The notes under the pieces: model-generated
Told to the model about the DNA's origin: nothing
The model's database searches: none
The model's input: the letters and a program-made list of their open reading frames with translations, nothing else
Position numbers and translations under genes: made by a program
NCBI GenBank assembly: GCA_004431415.1
Contig: QPMI01000056.1
Span: 1 to 64,000, forward strand
Direction of reading: 5' to 3'
Source of the DNA: Cyanophora paradoxa CCMP329
Lineage: Eukaryota > Plantae > Glaucophyta
DNA length: 64,000 bases
Part shown: piece by piece, positions 1-13,100 of the stretch
How positions within the stretch are numbered: the first letter of the stretch is position 1
How the letters are laid out: each line of letters opens with the position of its first letter

Positions 1-54
1 ATCCAGAGCCTCGGTCGTGAGGGCCCGGCGGGGCATACCTCGGGGGCAGCGCGG

Positions 55-1700
55 ACCGTGGGACGGAGCGCCGCCTCCCTCGTCGGGCCGCCCACCGCAT
101 ACCACGCTCTCAGAACGGCCTGCAAAACGGAAGTTTGCGAGCGGAGGGCCTACCTTGCCGGCTGCTAGTGGACGTTTACTCCCTAGCCCGTTTCCGGACG
201 GCAGTATACGCACAGGTCGCAAGGGCGCTGCGGACGAGTGCCCGGCCCGCCCAGCCCCCTAGCGCCGTTCCTCCTCCGGGACAGCGCGCCGCCGCCCTCG
301 CCGGGCTGCCCACCGTATACCACGCTCTCAGAACGGCCTGCGCCGCGACATTTTACTTCCCGATCGTGGCGGCGCGGCGGCGGGGGCGAGCGGGGCGCCT
401 ACCTCACCGGCTGCTAGTGGACGTTTACTTCCCAGGTCGTTTCCGGACGGCGGTATACGCACAGGTCGCAAGGGCGCTGCGGACGAGTGCCCGGCCCGCC
501 CAGCCCCCTAGCGCCGTTCCTCCTCCGGGACAGCGCGCCGCCGCCCTCGCCGGGCTGCCCACCGTATACCACGCTCTCGGAACGGCCCGCGCCACGATAT
601 TTTACTTTCCGATCGTGGCGGCGCGGCGTCGGGGGGCGAGCGGGGCGACCTCGCCGGCTGCCAGTGGACGTTTACTTCCCAGCCCGTTTCCGGACGTTGG
701 TATACGCACAGGTCGCAAGGGCGCTGCGGACGAGTGCCCGGCCCGCCCCGCCCCCTAGCGCCGTTCCGCCTCCGGGACAGCGCGCCGCCGCCCTCGCCGG
801 GCTGCCCACCGTATACCACGCTCTCAGAACGGCCCGCGCCACGACATTTTACTTTCCGATCGCGGCGGCGCGGCGGCGGGGGGGCGAGCGGGGCGACCTC
901 GCCGGCTGCCAGTGGACGTTTACTTCCCAGGTCGTTTCCGGACGGCGGTATACGCACAGGTCGCAAGGGCGCTGCGGACGAGTGCCCGGTCCGCCCCGCC
1001 CCCTAGCGCCGTTCCTCCTGCGGGACAGCGCGCCGCCGCCCTCGCCGGGCTGCCCACCGTATACCACGCTCTCAGAACGGCCTGCGCCGCGACATTTTAC
1101 TTCCCGATCGTGGCGGCGCGGCGGCGGGGGCGAGCGGGGCGCCTACCTCACCGGCTGCTAGTGGACGTTTACTTCCCAGGTCGTTTCCGGACGGCGGTAT
1201 ACGCACAGGTCGCAAGGGCGCTGCGGACGAGTGCCCGGTCCGCCCCGCCCCCTAGCGCCGTTCCTCCTCCGGGACAGCGCGCCGCCGCCCTCGCCGGGCT
1301 GCCCGCCGTATACCACGCTCTCAGAACGGCCTGCGCCGCGACATTTTACTTTCCGATCGCGGCGGCGCGGCGGCGGGGGCGAGCGGGGCGCCTACCTCAC
1401 CGGCTGCTAGTGGACGTTTACTTCCCAGCCCGTTTCCGGACGTTGGTATACGCACAGGTCGCAAGGGCGCTGCGGACGAGTGCCCGGTCCGCCCAGCCCC
1501 CTAGCGCCGTTCCTCCTCCGGGACAGCGCGCCGCCGCCCTCGCCGGGCTGCCCACCGTATACAACGCTCTCAGAACGGCCTGCGCCGCGACATTTTACTT
1601 TCCGATCGCGGCGGCGCGGCGGCGGGGGGCGAGCGGGGCGACCTCGCCGGCTGCTAGTGGACGTTTACTTCCCAGGTCGTTTCCGGACGGCGTTTTACGC
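55..1700. repeat. Tandem repeat array, ~248-bp unit, ~6.3 near-identical copies plus a degenerate partial copy at the left
   Basis: The anchor GTGGACGTTTACT recurs at 168, 417, 664, 912, 1161, 1410 and 1657 (spacings 249, 247, 248, 249, 249, 247). Bases 55-150 match part of the unit (…ATACCACGCTCTCAGAACGGCC…). Confidence 0.97.
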
Positions 1701-1840
1701 ACCGCTATCTGATCCGCACCCGCGCGGATGAAACTAAATCCATAAATTGAACCGCTTGAATCGTCGAGCGCTCCTACAACTGCTCCGTCCCTCCCGCAAA
1801 CCCTCCCCCGCCATCCCCTCGCTCCACCACGGGGCTCGGC

Positions 1841-3899
1841 ATGGCCGGCCCCGCCCCCGCCCCCTCGGCGGCCGGCCCGTCGAGCGGGGCGGCCGGGGCG
1901 GACGATGCGGGGGCCGTCAGCCTGCCCAGCGAGGGCGCCCCCAACAACGACGAGGCCGTCCCGCCGCCCGAGCTCGAGTCGAGGCCCGCGCGCCTCGTCC
2001 TCCCCGTCTACTTTTCCGTCTGGAGGGACCCGGACGTCCGCTTCTGCCCCCCGTGCGCCCGCTGCTCGCGCGAGCGGTGCACGGCACCGTCCTTTGTCCT
2101 ACCGTGCGCGGCGCGCGCCCTTCTCGAGCGGACGGTCCAGACGAGCCTCGCCGCCGCCATCGACCAGCACCCGCGGGTCGCCGCGTCGGGCCTCGCCCGA
2201 GGGATCGTCTGCGCGACCTGCGCAATTGCGCTGGCGAGCCGGGGCGCCATCGAGGCGGGGCCGCCGCCCGCGCCGGCGCGCTGTGCGAGGGCGGGGACGA
2301 CTGCGACCACTCGAGCGGCCTCGTGCCGTGCAGCCGGATCGACGCATTCCTGTCCTACATGGGGTCCATCGTCGACGGCGGCGAGCCGAGATTCTGGACC
2401 GAGAGCCAGGCGTCGGCCCGCGGCGTGCTCGTCGCGGCGCAAAGGGCGCTGGACCGCGTCGCCGTTGCGCCGGCACCGGCGCTGCCGGCTCCCGCGGCGG
2501 AGGCCCCCGCCCCCGCGCCGCCTCCGCCACCGCCACCGCCGCCGCCGGCGGCCCCCCAGCCGCCCGCGCCCGAGGCCGTCCCCGTGGCCGGCCCGTCCGA
2601 GCCCCGCGCCGGACCGTCGACTCCCAGAAGGATGGCCCCCAAGAAGCGCGGTCGGGCGGCCGAGGCCGAGGAGCGCGACGAGCTCGAGGACGAGAAAGAG
2701 CCGGCGCCGGCGTCCAAGCGTCCCGCACGGGCCTGCGCGGCGCGAGACGGCGCGCAAAAGGACGAAGACGGTCGGGACGAGCCCGAGGCGCCCGAGACGG
2801 CCCCCAAGCGGCGCCGTAGCAAGTGGAAGTCCCCTTCGGACGAGCGGAAACCGTGGAAGTCGGACAAGCTCATTCGGGTTTGAACCCCCCAGCACCCCAA
2901 CCCCCGCCCCGCCCCGCCCCGCCCCCTCACCCGTCCCCAGGTCCTCTACGGAGCCTATGCGCGGAGGCTTCCCGACGACGAGGGCGGCTCGGTGGGCTCG
3001 GGGAGCGACGAGGACGGCGCGCCAGACGGCGAGTGGCTGGTCGCGCAGAGAAACGCCTGGGTCGAAGCGTTTGGGCACGTTCTCGAAGAGGAGGTGGAGG
3101 CCGAGGCCGCCGGAAACAAGGGAAAAGAGGCCGCCCACGCGCCCGACCCCGCCCAGAGCCACTGCCTGGAGGCGTACGAGCGCGGCCTTTGCAGCGGCCT
3201 CGACCCCGTCCTCGTCGGTGCGATCCCCTGCACGCCCCCACCCCGCCCTTCCCCTCCGGCGGCGAGCCGCCCGCGCAGGCCTCCGCCTCGACGCCGACGC
3301 GGCGGCGCGGGACGATCTCCTCGACCGAGCGATGGAGACGGGCCAGGCGCGGGCCCAGGTCGTGCTCCTGGTCGCGAGCGCCGTCCTCGCCGCCCACGAG
3401 CGGTACTCGCGCATCACGAAATCGAGGAGGTCGTGGGGCTACTACAGGGCCACAAACGTCGACCCCAAGTACGACTGCATCCTCGAAGGTGCGCGCGCCC
3501 CAACCGCCCCCGGCCCCGCCGACGCCGACGGCCCGCGGCGGGCGCGTTCCCGCGCGCGCAGCCGCCGGGATCCGGGTGGAAGACTCGAACGCCAAGGCGG
3601 CGGCCTACCTCCGGCTACGGAACCTGGGCCTCACCGTCCGGCGGTTTCCCGGCCTCGCCCGGGTGCAGGGCCACTGCGTGCACATTGGCGACTTTATCTC
3701 GTTCGTCCCGCTGCTGCTCAAGGCGGACGCCGAGGGCCTGGAGGAGATCCGGGAGCGGCTCGCCGCCGAGATCGAGGCGGTCGAGGGGTTCGAGATCGAG
3801 GAGGACCTGCTGGAGGAAAAGGCCGGAGCAGACGCGCGCGCCTCGGACGAGGGCGAGCTCGAGGAGGAGGAACAGGATGTGGAAGACGGCGGCGCATGA
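1841..3899 (+). CDS. Multi-exon hypothetical protein (paralog A): N-terminal Cys/His cluster, Pro-rich and charged linker, C-terminal helical domain, acidic tail
   Basis: ATG 1841. Manually joined exons: FCPPCARC…SFVLPC…SGLARGIVCATC…CDHSSGLVPCSRIDAFL…KLIR|VLYGAY…|GLRLDADAAARDD…|AAGIRVEDSNAKAAAYLRLRNLGLTVRRFPGLARV…GGA, TGA 3897-3899. Three GT-AG introns and one apparent frameshift near 2280. Confidence 0.7.
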
Positions 3900-4278
3900 G
3901 CTATCCGGCGCTAGCATGCGCTAAACCCCGCCCGGTGGATGGCCGGCTGCGGAGGATCGCGCATTGTAGACCGTCTCAACGCTCGGATAACACTGCAAAC
4001 AACGTATATGATGCGAATGAAACACGTGAAAGTGCCGCGGGCGACCGCCCGGGCCCGCGGCGCGCGGATCGAATCCGGAGACGGTCCCGTTTCCGGCTGC
4101 GCAGCGGCAAACGGACTTTGCTCTACGGAATATGTACTTGTGAGCGCGTATAACCCGTATTCCGTTGCGGTCGGTCGCGCCGCGCGCCGCGGCATCGGGA
4201 TCCTTAATCGTCGCGCCGAACGACTAAACGTTGGGGGGGTACGCTCTCGTCATTCGGGGACCTCGCCGCACGGCCGCG

Positions 4279-6693
4279 ATGCCTCTGGAGAGCAACTCGT
4301 TCGGCGAAAAGGTGTTTCCCGTTGCCGAAGCGCTCGATGAGGCCGGGTGGATGGCCAGCTGCATCAACTGCGGCTTCGGGGCGGCGACGCTGCTCGTCTT
4401 GCCGTGCCCGTCCGAGAGACTGGACGATATGGAGCCCTCGCCGGCGAGGACGACAACGATGGCGAGGACGAGGCGACCGGCAGGTCGGCGCTGGATAGGT
4501 ACATTGGCAAGGCAAAGTTCCTCGACGGCTGCGGCGGAGCACTTCCGAGGACGGTAAGGGCCTCGGCGAGGAGTTTCGGGAGATCAGCAAAGCTCTGAAC
4601 TCCGGCCTCGCCGTGCGCTGCGCCTCTGTGCGTCGCCGAGGAGACGGGCAAAGGTGCGCAATCACAAAGGCCGGGTCGCGCGGCGAGGCCCCCCGCACGC
4701 TGCCGTCGCCGCCGATAGATGCTAGACGATGCCGCCGCGCTCCGAGCCCGCACGCGCGCGCCGACCTCGTGCCCCCGCATGCGCAGCAGGATCCTCGGAC
4801 GCGCCCGACGGTGCGGCAGCGCGCGCCCGCGCCACGCGCGCCGCCCACGCGCTTCATCCGCAGGTTACGTCAAGTGCAAGTATTGCCCCGACCACACGAC
4901 GTGGACGTCCGGACGCTCCAGCCCTCGGAGCGCCTGGAGGCGTTCTTGTGGGCGCGGCGCTCACCAGCAAGAGGCGCGAGAACGACTCAGGGAGAGCATC
5001 AAGAAGGTCGAAGAGGCGGAGAAAAAGACCAAGTTCGTGAGAGCGTTCACCGGCTTCTGCTTCAACGCGAGGTCGAGGTCCGGCGAGGTCCGCGCCCCAC
5101 CGGCGAGGCCGGACTTCGCCCGCCCCGCACCTCTGCGCGCCCTGATGGACCTCCTGGATCGCAGAGCGCCCGCGAACCAGCCTCGCGAAGAAGGGTGCGG
5201 CCCTCGCGGCGCGCTCCGATCGCAGCCATCCCGCCGCTCGATGATCCTTTCGATCCCGTCTGACCGCACCGCGTCAGGCAACAATAACGCAAAGGAGAGC
5301 AGCGCCGCGTTGGAGGCGGACAAGGCAAGCCGCTCCCAAGGACAAGGGCAGGGAGGTTTGAGATGCCCCGCGCCATCGATCGGGCGCCGCCCGAGCTCAC
5401 CGGCGGACAATCGCAGCGGCGGAGGCGAACAATGCGGAGGCGCAGAAGATACGCCGGCAACGGGACGCGGCTTGCGCACGCAGGAGCAGCGCAAACAGCC
5501 CGATCGGCTGAAGATGGACGAACAGCTGCCCCGTGGCAAGACCAGCAAATCCAAGAAGCGCTCCGGGCCCGGGGATGAGGCGACGGGCGACGAGTCCGGC
5601 GGGTCACCGCCCCCCAAGCGGGGCCGCGCCCCCGGCAAGGAGCACCCGCGCAGCGCCGATTCCGGCGACGAGGAGGGGGCGGGCGTCGCCTCCGCCGACC
5701 TTGGCCCGCCGGAGCTCGGCGACGACTCTGTCCTCGACGGGACGGACAAGAGCGAGGAGCGCCGGCGTGCCCTGCTGGACGACGCCCGCCTCCACAAGGT
5801 CCTCAAGTCGGCGTACACCCAGCCCGCCCCCGGCAGCGGAGCTCGGGGCCTCGAGCGCGAAGAAGAAGACGAAGAAGAATCCGGCGACGGGTCGCAGGGC
5901 GCGGAGGCGGGGCAGAGGGCGGCGGCCGGCGCACGAGGAGCTGCAGAAGTGCACCGATGACCTCCGAGCGGCGGGGACATCGCCGAGGTCGGCGCGCGCA
6001 TCGACGGCGCCGTTCTGCAGGCGCTGGAGGCCAGCTTCGCAAAGGCGGAGGACCAGCGAGTGCAGGCGTGCTTTCTCGTCTCGGCGGGCATCCTGCACCT
6101 CTGCGAGAGCCGCGCAAGGGCAGTACCTACAACCGGCGGACGGACACGCGCGGGAAGGCTTTGCCGCGTTCCAGTGGCCCAACGTGGAGAAGGAGGTGGA
6201 GGACAAGTTCGGCGCGGTGATGCGGGCGGGCCACTTCCCGGTCAACCAGCGGACGTTCAAGGTGTTCCTGAACGTCGGCGCCCTCGTCCGCGAGTTCCGC
6301 GGCTACGCCAACGTCGTCGGCCCCGCCCGCGCCCTGGAGCTCTTCCGCGCCCTCGCGCCGTCGCCAAGGCCACGGACGACGAGCTGCGCGCCCTCCACGA
6401 GAAGCTCGGGGCCGACGTGCCCGAGAACCTCTTCCCGTGTAGAGCGGACCCCCCGACCTCTTTCTCGACGCCCTGCCGCGTCTCCCCCATCCCCTCCATC
6501 GCCCTCGCGCCCCCTCGGCGCGGCGCCCCGCCGCATTCGTCTCGCTCCGAGCGCTAGCCCGAGCATCATTTTGCGCGCCGCTGCGGATGTAGAACGCCTC
6601 GGCGGCCGAGCGGCGCGTGTACAGTACATAATGAATATTGCAAAAATGCTTTCCGATGTCTCCGACATACGACGTCTAGATCTCTCTACGTAA
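4279..6693 (+). CDS. Multi-exon hypothetical protein (paralog B of 1841-3899); several frameshifts; 3' end uncertain (~6442 or 6693)
   Basis: ATG 4279 (MPLESNSF). Contains SCINC…LLVLPC…SGLAVRCA…CKYCPDH…ERLEAFL…RLHKVLKSAY…FKVFLNVGALVREFRGYANV…KATDDELRALHEKLG, collinear with paralog A. Confidence 0.6.
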
Positions 6694-7154
6694 GGGCGGG
6701 TCGGGAAGGGGCGCCGTGTATCATGGCCCAGGAGGAAGTGGTCGGGATCGGTAGGGCACGGCGAGCGGCGCAAAATGATGCTTATGCGCAAGGGCACTAC
6801 TCGTGCGAGGACCGACCCTTTGGCGGGGTCCGCGTCGGCGCGCCGGTCCCCGCCGGCCCGCGACGTTCGCCCGCATCCCCCTGGGTGCAAACACTCGGTG
6901 ATCAATGGCACAGTATACGTAGCTACCGACAATAGGGGCGCACCTCGGCCTCCCCCTTTAACTCGACGACGTTTCTCGCAGGGGGGAGCTCGGGGCGGTG
7001 CGACAAAAACGCCGCAGCACCGCCACCCGTGCGCCCGGCCTGGGAATAGGTTAGTTGGCGGATGAACCGAGAAAACAAGCGCGAGGCGCTGCGTTGCGCA
7101 CCGCCTGCCGGCCCCGAGAAATCCACTCCTCGGCCGCACTAGTAATAGTGCTGA

Positions 7155-10100
7155 TTATCGTTCCGGCTCGAGAGTTTCGAAGAGCGTGTGCATACTGAGG
7201 ATCTTATTCTCGACCTCCGCAATTGTGCATCCGAAGCCGCGCTTCGGCATCCATACGCCGCTCCATCGCCTCCAACGTGGGATATTCTGCTGGTCGCCGA
7301 TGTTCATCTGTTCGAGGCGCTTCACGACGCCTTTCATCGCCCTGTTGACTCCACGAACGCCGCCTCCGAGCCGATCACCTTTTTCGAGAGGGCTCCTGTT
7401 CGCTCCCGACCGACGCCCACGCCAGGCCCTTCTTGCGCGATTTCTCGTCCTCCTTTTTGCTCCGCGGAAGAGTCTCAGGGCCTCCGCGAGGTGTCTCGCC
7501 GCAGCTTGGGCGCGCGCGCTCCGCGGAGCTCCGCCGCCGTTCGAGGCGTCCGCGCCTCCGCCCCGGTCGCGCCGTCGGCGGGGCTTCACCAGCCGACGGC
7601 GGCGAGCCCGCGGGGGATCCACCTCCATTCGTTCCGCACCTCCGCCCGCGGTCGCGCCGGCCGGCGGGGCTCCACCGACGACGGCGAGCCGCCCGGCGGA
7701 TCCGCCGCATTCCTACGGCGGCCGTTTTGGCGGCTCCTCCTCCTCCTCTCCTCCTCCTCCTCGCACAGGTCGGCGGCCTTTTCGATGATCGAGTTCACGG
7801 TGCGGTAAGAACACCTGGTCCCTCGCCAAGTCCTCGGCAAATGACTTGATCTCGGCGTCGGAGCAGTCCCAACGTACGCGTAGTCGCCCGAGGCGACTCG
7901 GCCATGTCCACGCCGAACGACGCGTTCAACATCCTTCTCCGTGGGGTAGCCGAGCTCGATGCTGCGATCACGTTGAGCACCCGAGGTCGTCGCGCAATTG
8001 GGCTCGGGTTTGGAGGGCGCACTGCCGCGAGAATCGATCCACATGGCGCGGTCAAAAAGTCCTTGTTGTTCGTCCCGGCAGGACGAGAATTGGTTCTGAT
8101 TCCTCTTACGAACCCGTCATCTGCTGGAGAATGCTGCTCGCGGGTGTTTAGACGCTTCAAGATCGCCATTGGCGAGCGTGATGGCGAAAGAAGCGACCCG
8201 TTCTTGAGGACCGCGCGCGTCGTTGGAGCCCTGCTCGCGCCTCCGCGCCATGCTGTCGAGTTCGCTGGGAAAAGGGGCACCGACGAGCAGGGCCGAGTTC
8301 GGACGCCGGCATAATCTCGCGGGGCGCACTCGAAGAACACAATCGACGGGCCATGTTTCGCGCAGCGCAGAACATCGTCTTTGCCGTCGCCTCGGCGACG
8401 CCCGTCTGCGAGATTTTATCGACGGTTTGCGGCACGTCCGGCGAGTCCTGCAGCACCCATTGCTGAGGATGGTCCGCGCCGACACCAGGAAAAAGGTAGC
8501 TTGCACTCGGAGGCAATCGCCCGAGCGATCTCCGTTTTTCCAACGCCCTAAACGGGGGGCGGTTCGAGCGGATCACCGAGACATAAACCTCCCCCGGGGA
8601 GACGCACGGCGGTCCGTACAGCAAAATTCCCTTGCTCCCTCGCGCGTGCAGCCGCGGCAGTACTTCGTGCCCGGATCCATGAGTCGCTTGATTGCCTTTT
8701 GGCAAAAAGAACCTTGCTTTTTGTCACCTGCGGGGCGTTGGTGCACATGGTTATTTCGTTCGTGCACGAACGAGGTCGTCGATCTTCAGCTGATCGTATG
8801 TGCTCGGTCCTGTATCGTCTGTAGACGGCGGAAAGAACGGCTTGCGCGTCCTCGGTCCGCCCGCCGGCCTCCTTGATGACCTCGTCGTTGGAAGGCCCAC
8901 CCGCTTCCAGTACGCATCGTCAAAGTCTCCATGCTGCCCGCCCGACGCCTTTGCCGTGCCGGTGCCGCCGCCTCCCTGGTTGCGCGGGTTCCTGTACGAG
9001 CCGTCGGGGCGCCTGCTTCGCCCGCGTGCTCTTGCGCGCCCCCTCCTTGGTCGGGCCCCCGACCAGCTCGAGCCACGACTCGGGCTCGGTCTTCTGCTTC
9101 TCAGCGAGCTTTCGCTCGACCGCCCCACTGCGTCGCGAGCTACCGCCCTCCGTCTCGATGCCGAACTGAATTCCGTCCTTGGAGGATCTCGACGCGCGTT
9201 CTCGCTTTCGGGGTCTCGACTTTGATCCGGCTTCGTAGTGCTCCTCTGCGCGAGTCGAGGCGTTTGTTAATTCTTGCTACGCGCAGCAACCGCCCAAAGG
9301 CGCATGGTAAAGGCCCAGATGCTCGTTTTCTCGTCGAGCAGCTCCTCCGCGGGATCGTGGTGAACTCGTTGACAAAGAGGGCGCGGCGCGGCATCAGGCG
9401 GATGGTCTCCTCGTCGTCCTCGCGGAACCCGCGTTGGGATTGCGTGCTCGGCATTCTTGAGCAGGATGAGGACGATGGCGTCCGGCAACGGTTTCTTCGA
9501 GGTGCCCGACGCGGACCCGGGGAGCACTTTGTGCATAATCCCACGCGCCTTGAACACCCCACCAACGCCCGGCCCACCACAAAAGTAGGTCTGGTGGAGC
9601 ATGGTGTACTTGTTGCGGGGACCGGGTCCCTGGTAGAGAACGCAGATATTCTCGCGATGTCTCTGCGATCGAACGGGCGCGCAAATCGGCGCGTTGGCGC
9701 GCGGGCACGGTACCGGCGGGAACGCGGGCATTACTCACGAAAATTCTTTCGCTCGGGATCGTCGGATCGGGCTCCGTTGGTGGGGCGAGTTCGACCCAGT
9801 TCCCGCCGTCCTCCAAGATGCACGTCCTCGACACCGGGTCGTGCGTGTCCCACTTGTCCACATCTAAAAAGGTGTAGTGTTTGTCCACTTGGAACTGCCG
9901 GCGGAACTTTGCGTCCCGCTGACCCGCCTTAAGCTGTCCCGGCAGCTCCCCTTTTTCGCGGCCGCGCGATCGCGACTGCGCTCTTTCTGGAGGTCGGTGC
10001 GTAGTTATCCAATTCGCCGTGGAGATGCTCGAGGTAGCTCTCCAGCGCGAACGAGGCTTGAGTTCTGCACCGGCAAGGGGGGTAAAAATGCATTTCTTGA

Positions 10101-13100
10101 GCAAGTTCGCGCGCGTGCACGTATACGTATACGTAAAGACATAGAGCATGCTAGAGTGTACTCTCTCGATTCAGAGGGCGTCGAGACGCGCACGTCACGC
10201 ACCCATGAAGAACACTCCGTACGAGAAGTTTTTGCCAGCGCGTGCAACGATCTGGTCGGCAACGGTTTGCTTGGCGGTCTCGATCGAGTCGACCGTGTGC
10301 TCGAAATGGTCGGCCCCACAAAGACGGGGCGTTCGGAAGAATCGCCATCGAAAATCGTGCTCCAGCATTCGGACTGCGCAACGTTAAATTCGTTAATAAG
10401 AGCCGGTTTTGGAGAGTAACTCAATCTGGCGCACCAGCTTCTTCCTGTTGGAGCTCCCGCCCTCGAACGGGAGGAGCACTGCCCGCATGGGGGTCGACTT
10501 TGGAGCGGCGGCATCCGGCGACGTCGACGCCGCCGGCGCCCAGCCAAGCTTCGAAGTGATGTGCTCATGTACGTCTTCCCCGCGTTGCGGCTAATTCGAT
10601 GTTTCCGGAGAGTGAATTTCCGTCGAGCTCCTCAAAGGTGTAGAACGACTGGAAATCGCCCTGTATATTGGACGGCGCGCATCACCTACGGTGAGGCCCG
10701 GGGGCGCCGAAAATACAACGGAGCAAGCACGTACGAGAGAGCTCAATCTCGCCGGCCTCGCCCGATCGATGTTGATGATGTACTGGGTGTCCAGGCCTTT
10801 ATGTGCTTTTCTGCGCGGCCCGAGGCTCCTCAATCGTCTGCTGGAATGCGAGCATTTCCCCCATCCAAGAGAGATCGTACCTGGACGGGCGGCGCCCGCG
10901 CTCTCGTCGGGGCCGGCCGCTGCGCTCTCGTCGCGCGGACGCCGGCTCCCGACCGGGGCGACGCTCGACGACGACGCGTCCGTGCCGGAAGCCGATTCAA
11001 CGGTCTTGCCAACGTCGTGTAGGTTCCTCACGTTTTTACGGTAGATGTCGTATTTTTGGACGTCGACTTTGTCCGACCTCACGTCGAGGAAGCTCTTTTG
11101 GAGACCCTGTTTGGCCAAGGCCCTACTATCTTTGCTCACGCCGATGGATGTTTCCACGCGCGTCTCGAAAATTTCGCGAGGCTTCCGTCTCGAAGGGAAG
11201 TCTCGATGATGGTCTTGAGCGCGTGCGCCTCGTTCTTATTGAAGAGAAAGAGCCGAAGCATGATGATGACGGAGCCCTTTGCGCATCCCAGCAGCGCGAC
11301 ATCTTCCACCTTCAATCCGGATCGGCGAGCGGCGTCCTCGACGGCCGCGCGCATGCGACGCTCGATCTGCGAAAAAGGAACCTTAGAGATCTAGGGACAC
11401 ACAGAATGATTCTTGAGAGGTTGCCGTTGATGAATAAGAGGGAATCTATAGGATCGATTGGAACGCACCTGCTGGTGCACACTCGGTATTTCGATAAAGC
11501 GAGAAAAGCATCGCACATAACCTCCGGCGCACCCTCCCCATCACCAGCTTGTACACGACTCCATACCGCCCTGCAGCCGATTCATCTACGGCAGTATTCC
11601 GGTCAGGGCAGCGCGGCGCCACCACGGATCAAGATCCTTGGCCCGTACCCTCGATTTTCAACTCCTCCACCTCGACCCTGTTGAATTCGAATTCAAAATC
11701 AATACTTTTGCCGAGCTCCTCGGACAGCGCCTCCGGTTCGATCAACGGCTCGCATCTGCGCGGCGGTAAAGCCACATGAGGGCAGCGCTTCGGACTAAAT
11801 TCCGCAGGATCGCGCACCGCACTTCTCCCCCGCCCTCGCCGGGGGTCGGATCGGGGGCGGCCTCCGGAGTACCCGGCAGGCTCTCGACCACCCCGCTCGC
11901 GGTGTCGATCGGGTTGCCGGGCTCGCCCCCGTCGGCGGCCGCCGGCGATCGCTCGATCACGGGCACGACATCCGCCTTTTGCGGGATTTCCAATCCTGTG
12001 GTCGAGAATCCGTGTAGAAATAAGCACGAGGTAGCGGAACCGGACACGAAATAGTAATGTAATGGCGAGATCGCACGTGCGCAGGCCCTTTCCGGGTCGG
12101 CGTCGACGTCCAGCAGTCCCTTTTTGTTAGAAGTACCTGCAGAAGTGACCCAATTCACGCGTTTAATTTGTATGCGAGATCGCCGCAGAATGTATTTGAA
12201 ATGAATATAAGAGTGCTTACTGGCGGCCTCGGCCAGCTCCCACTCGGGGCGCTGCCGCAAAAGTTAACCACGGGAGCCCAGTTAGTTTTGGTGGCCCTCA
12301 GGCGCGTATTATCGACAGCTGTCGAAAGCACTCACCCATGGGCCGCGGTAGAGAATCATGGGGCCGTCGATCGCGGGCTGGAGCGCGCGGCCGCGGCTGA
12401 ACCGCGGGAGAAAAGCATGGTGTCGCCTGTGCTCGACTGGAGCGCGCGGGCGAGCAACCCGTGGAATCGAACGACTGGGTAAGATTCCAGATTGTGCTTG
12501 TCCACGTATTCGGACAGAATCTCATCCAGCTCCTTGGCGAATTGTGGAGTGAATCTGAAAGCGGGGACCGCCCCTTCCGGCCACGGCTCCTCGAGGGCGA
12601 CATTCTGCATAATGAACGGGTGAAAGTCGATCTCCTGCACCGGCAGTTCTCGAAAGATCTCTGCGGGGCGCTGAGAATCAGTTTGCAGGTTGATAAAAGA
12701 ATATCTGCACATGTACACGGGCGCACTTATCAATTTCCGGATCAGCAAATACGACAATGTAGGCGTCCGCCGCGGCGCCTTCTGGTCGACGTGACCAGGA
12801 AGCTCTCGCTCAATAATAGGGATCGCCAGCCTGACACGTTTGATTCCGGACACCGCGGGCTCGTTGATGGATTTGAGGACGTCAAGGGCACCGAGGATTG
12901 TGGAAATTCGGGACTCGTAACCGCTCAGATACTCCAAGGCCGTACCGGATGGTTCCATGTCGAGGCTTTCCCAGTGGAGCTTGCCAATTAATGATAACAA
13001 GCGCTTTGACACGGCGAAAATTCGGGACGCAAAGGCGTCCTCCAGCCCGAGGTGCTGGAGGATCTTCTCGATTAGCTCGTACGGCAGCCGCGGCCTGTCG

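Noticed and set aside
135-1731. Repetitive ORFs of 200+ aa across the tandem array, or a CRISPR-like array
   Set aside because: The ORFs arise from GC-rich 249-bp units and shift frame at 247/248-bp units. Whole units repeat with no unique spacers and there are no cas genes.
2008-3417. Long antisense or alternative-frame Arg/Pro/Ala/Gly-rich ORFs (here and throughout the ORF track)
   Set aside because: These are shadow ORFs expected at this GC content and overlap better-supported spliced genes.
8600-8640. KGILLYGPP on the - strand resembling an AAA+ ATPase Walker A lead-in
   Set aside because: It is not followed by GxGKT (reads PPCVSPG) and no Walker B is seen.
10555-10600. NAGKTY on the - strand as a possible P-loop (helicase/Helitron)
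   Set aside because: It lacks the GxxGxGK context, and the more protein-like frame reads RGEDVHEHITSKLGW.
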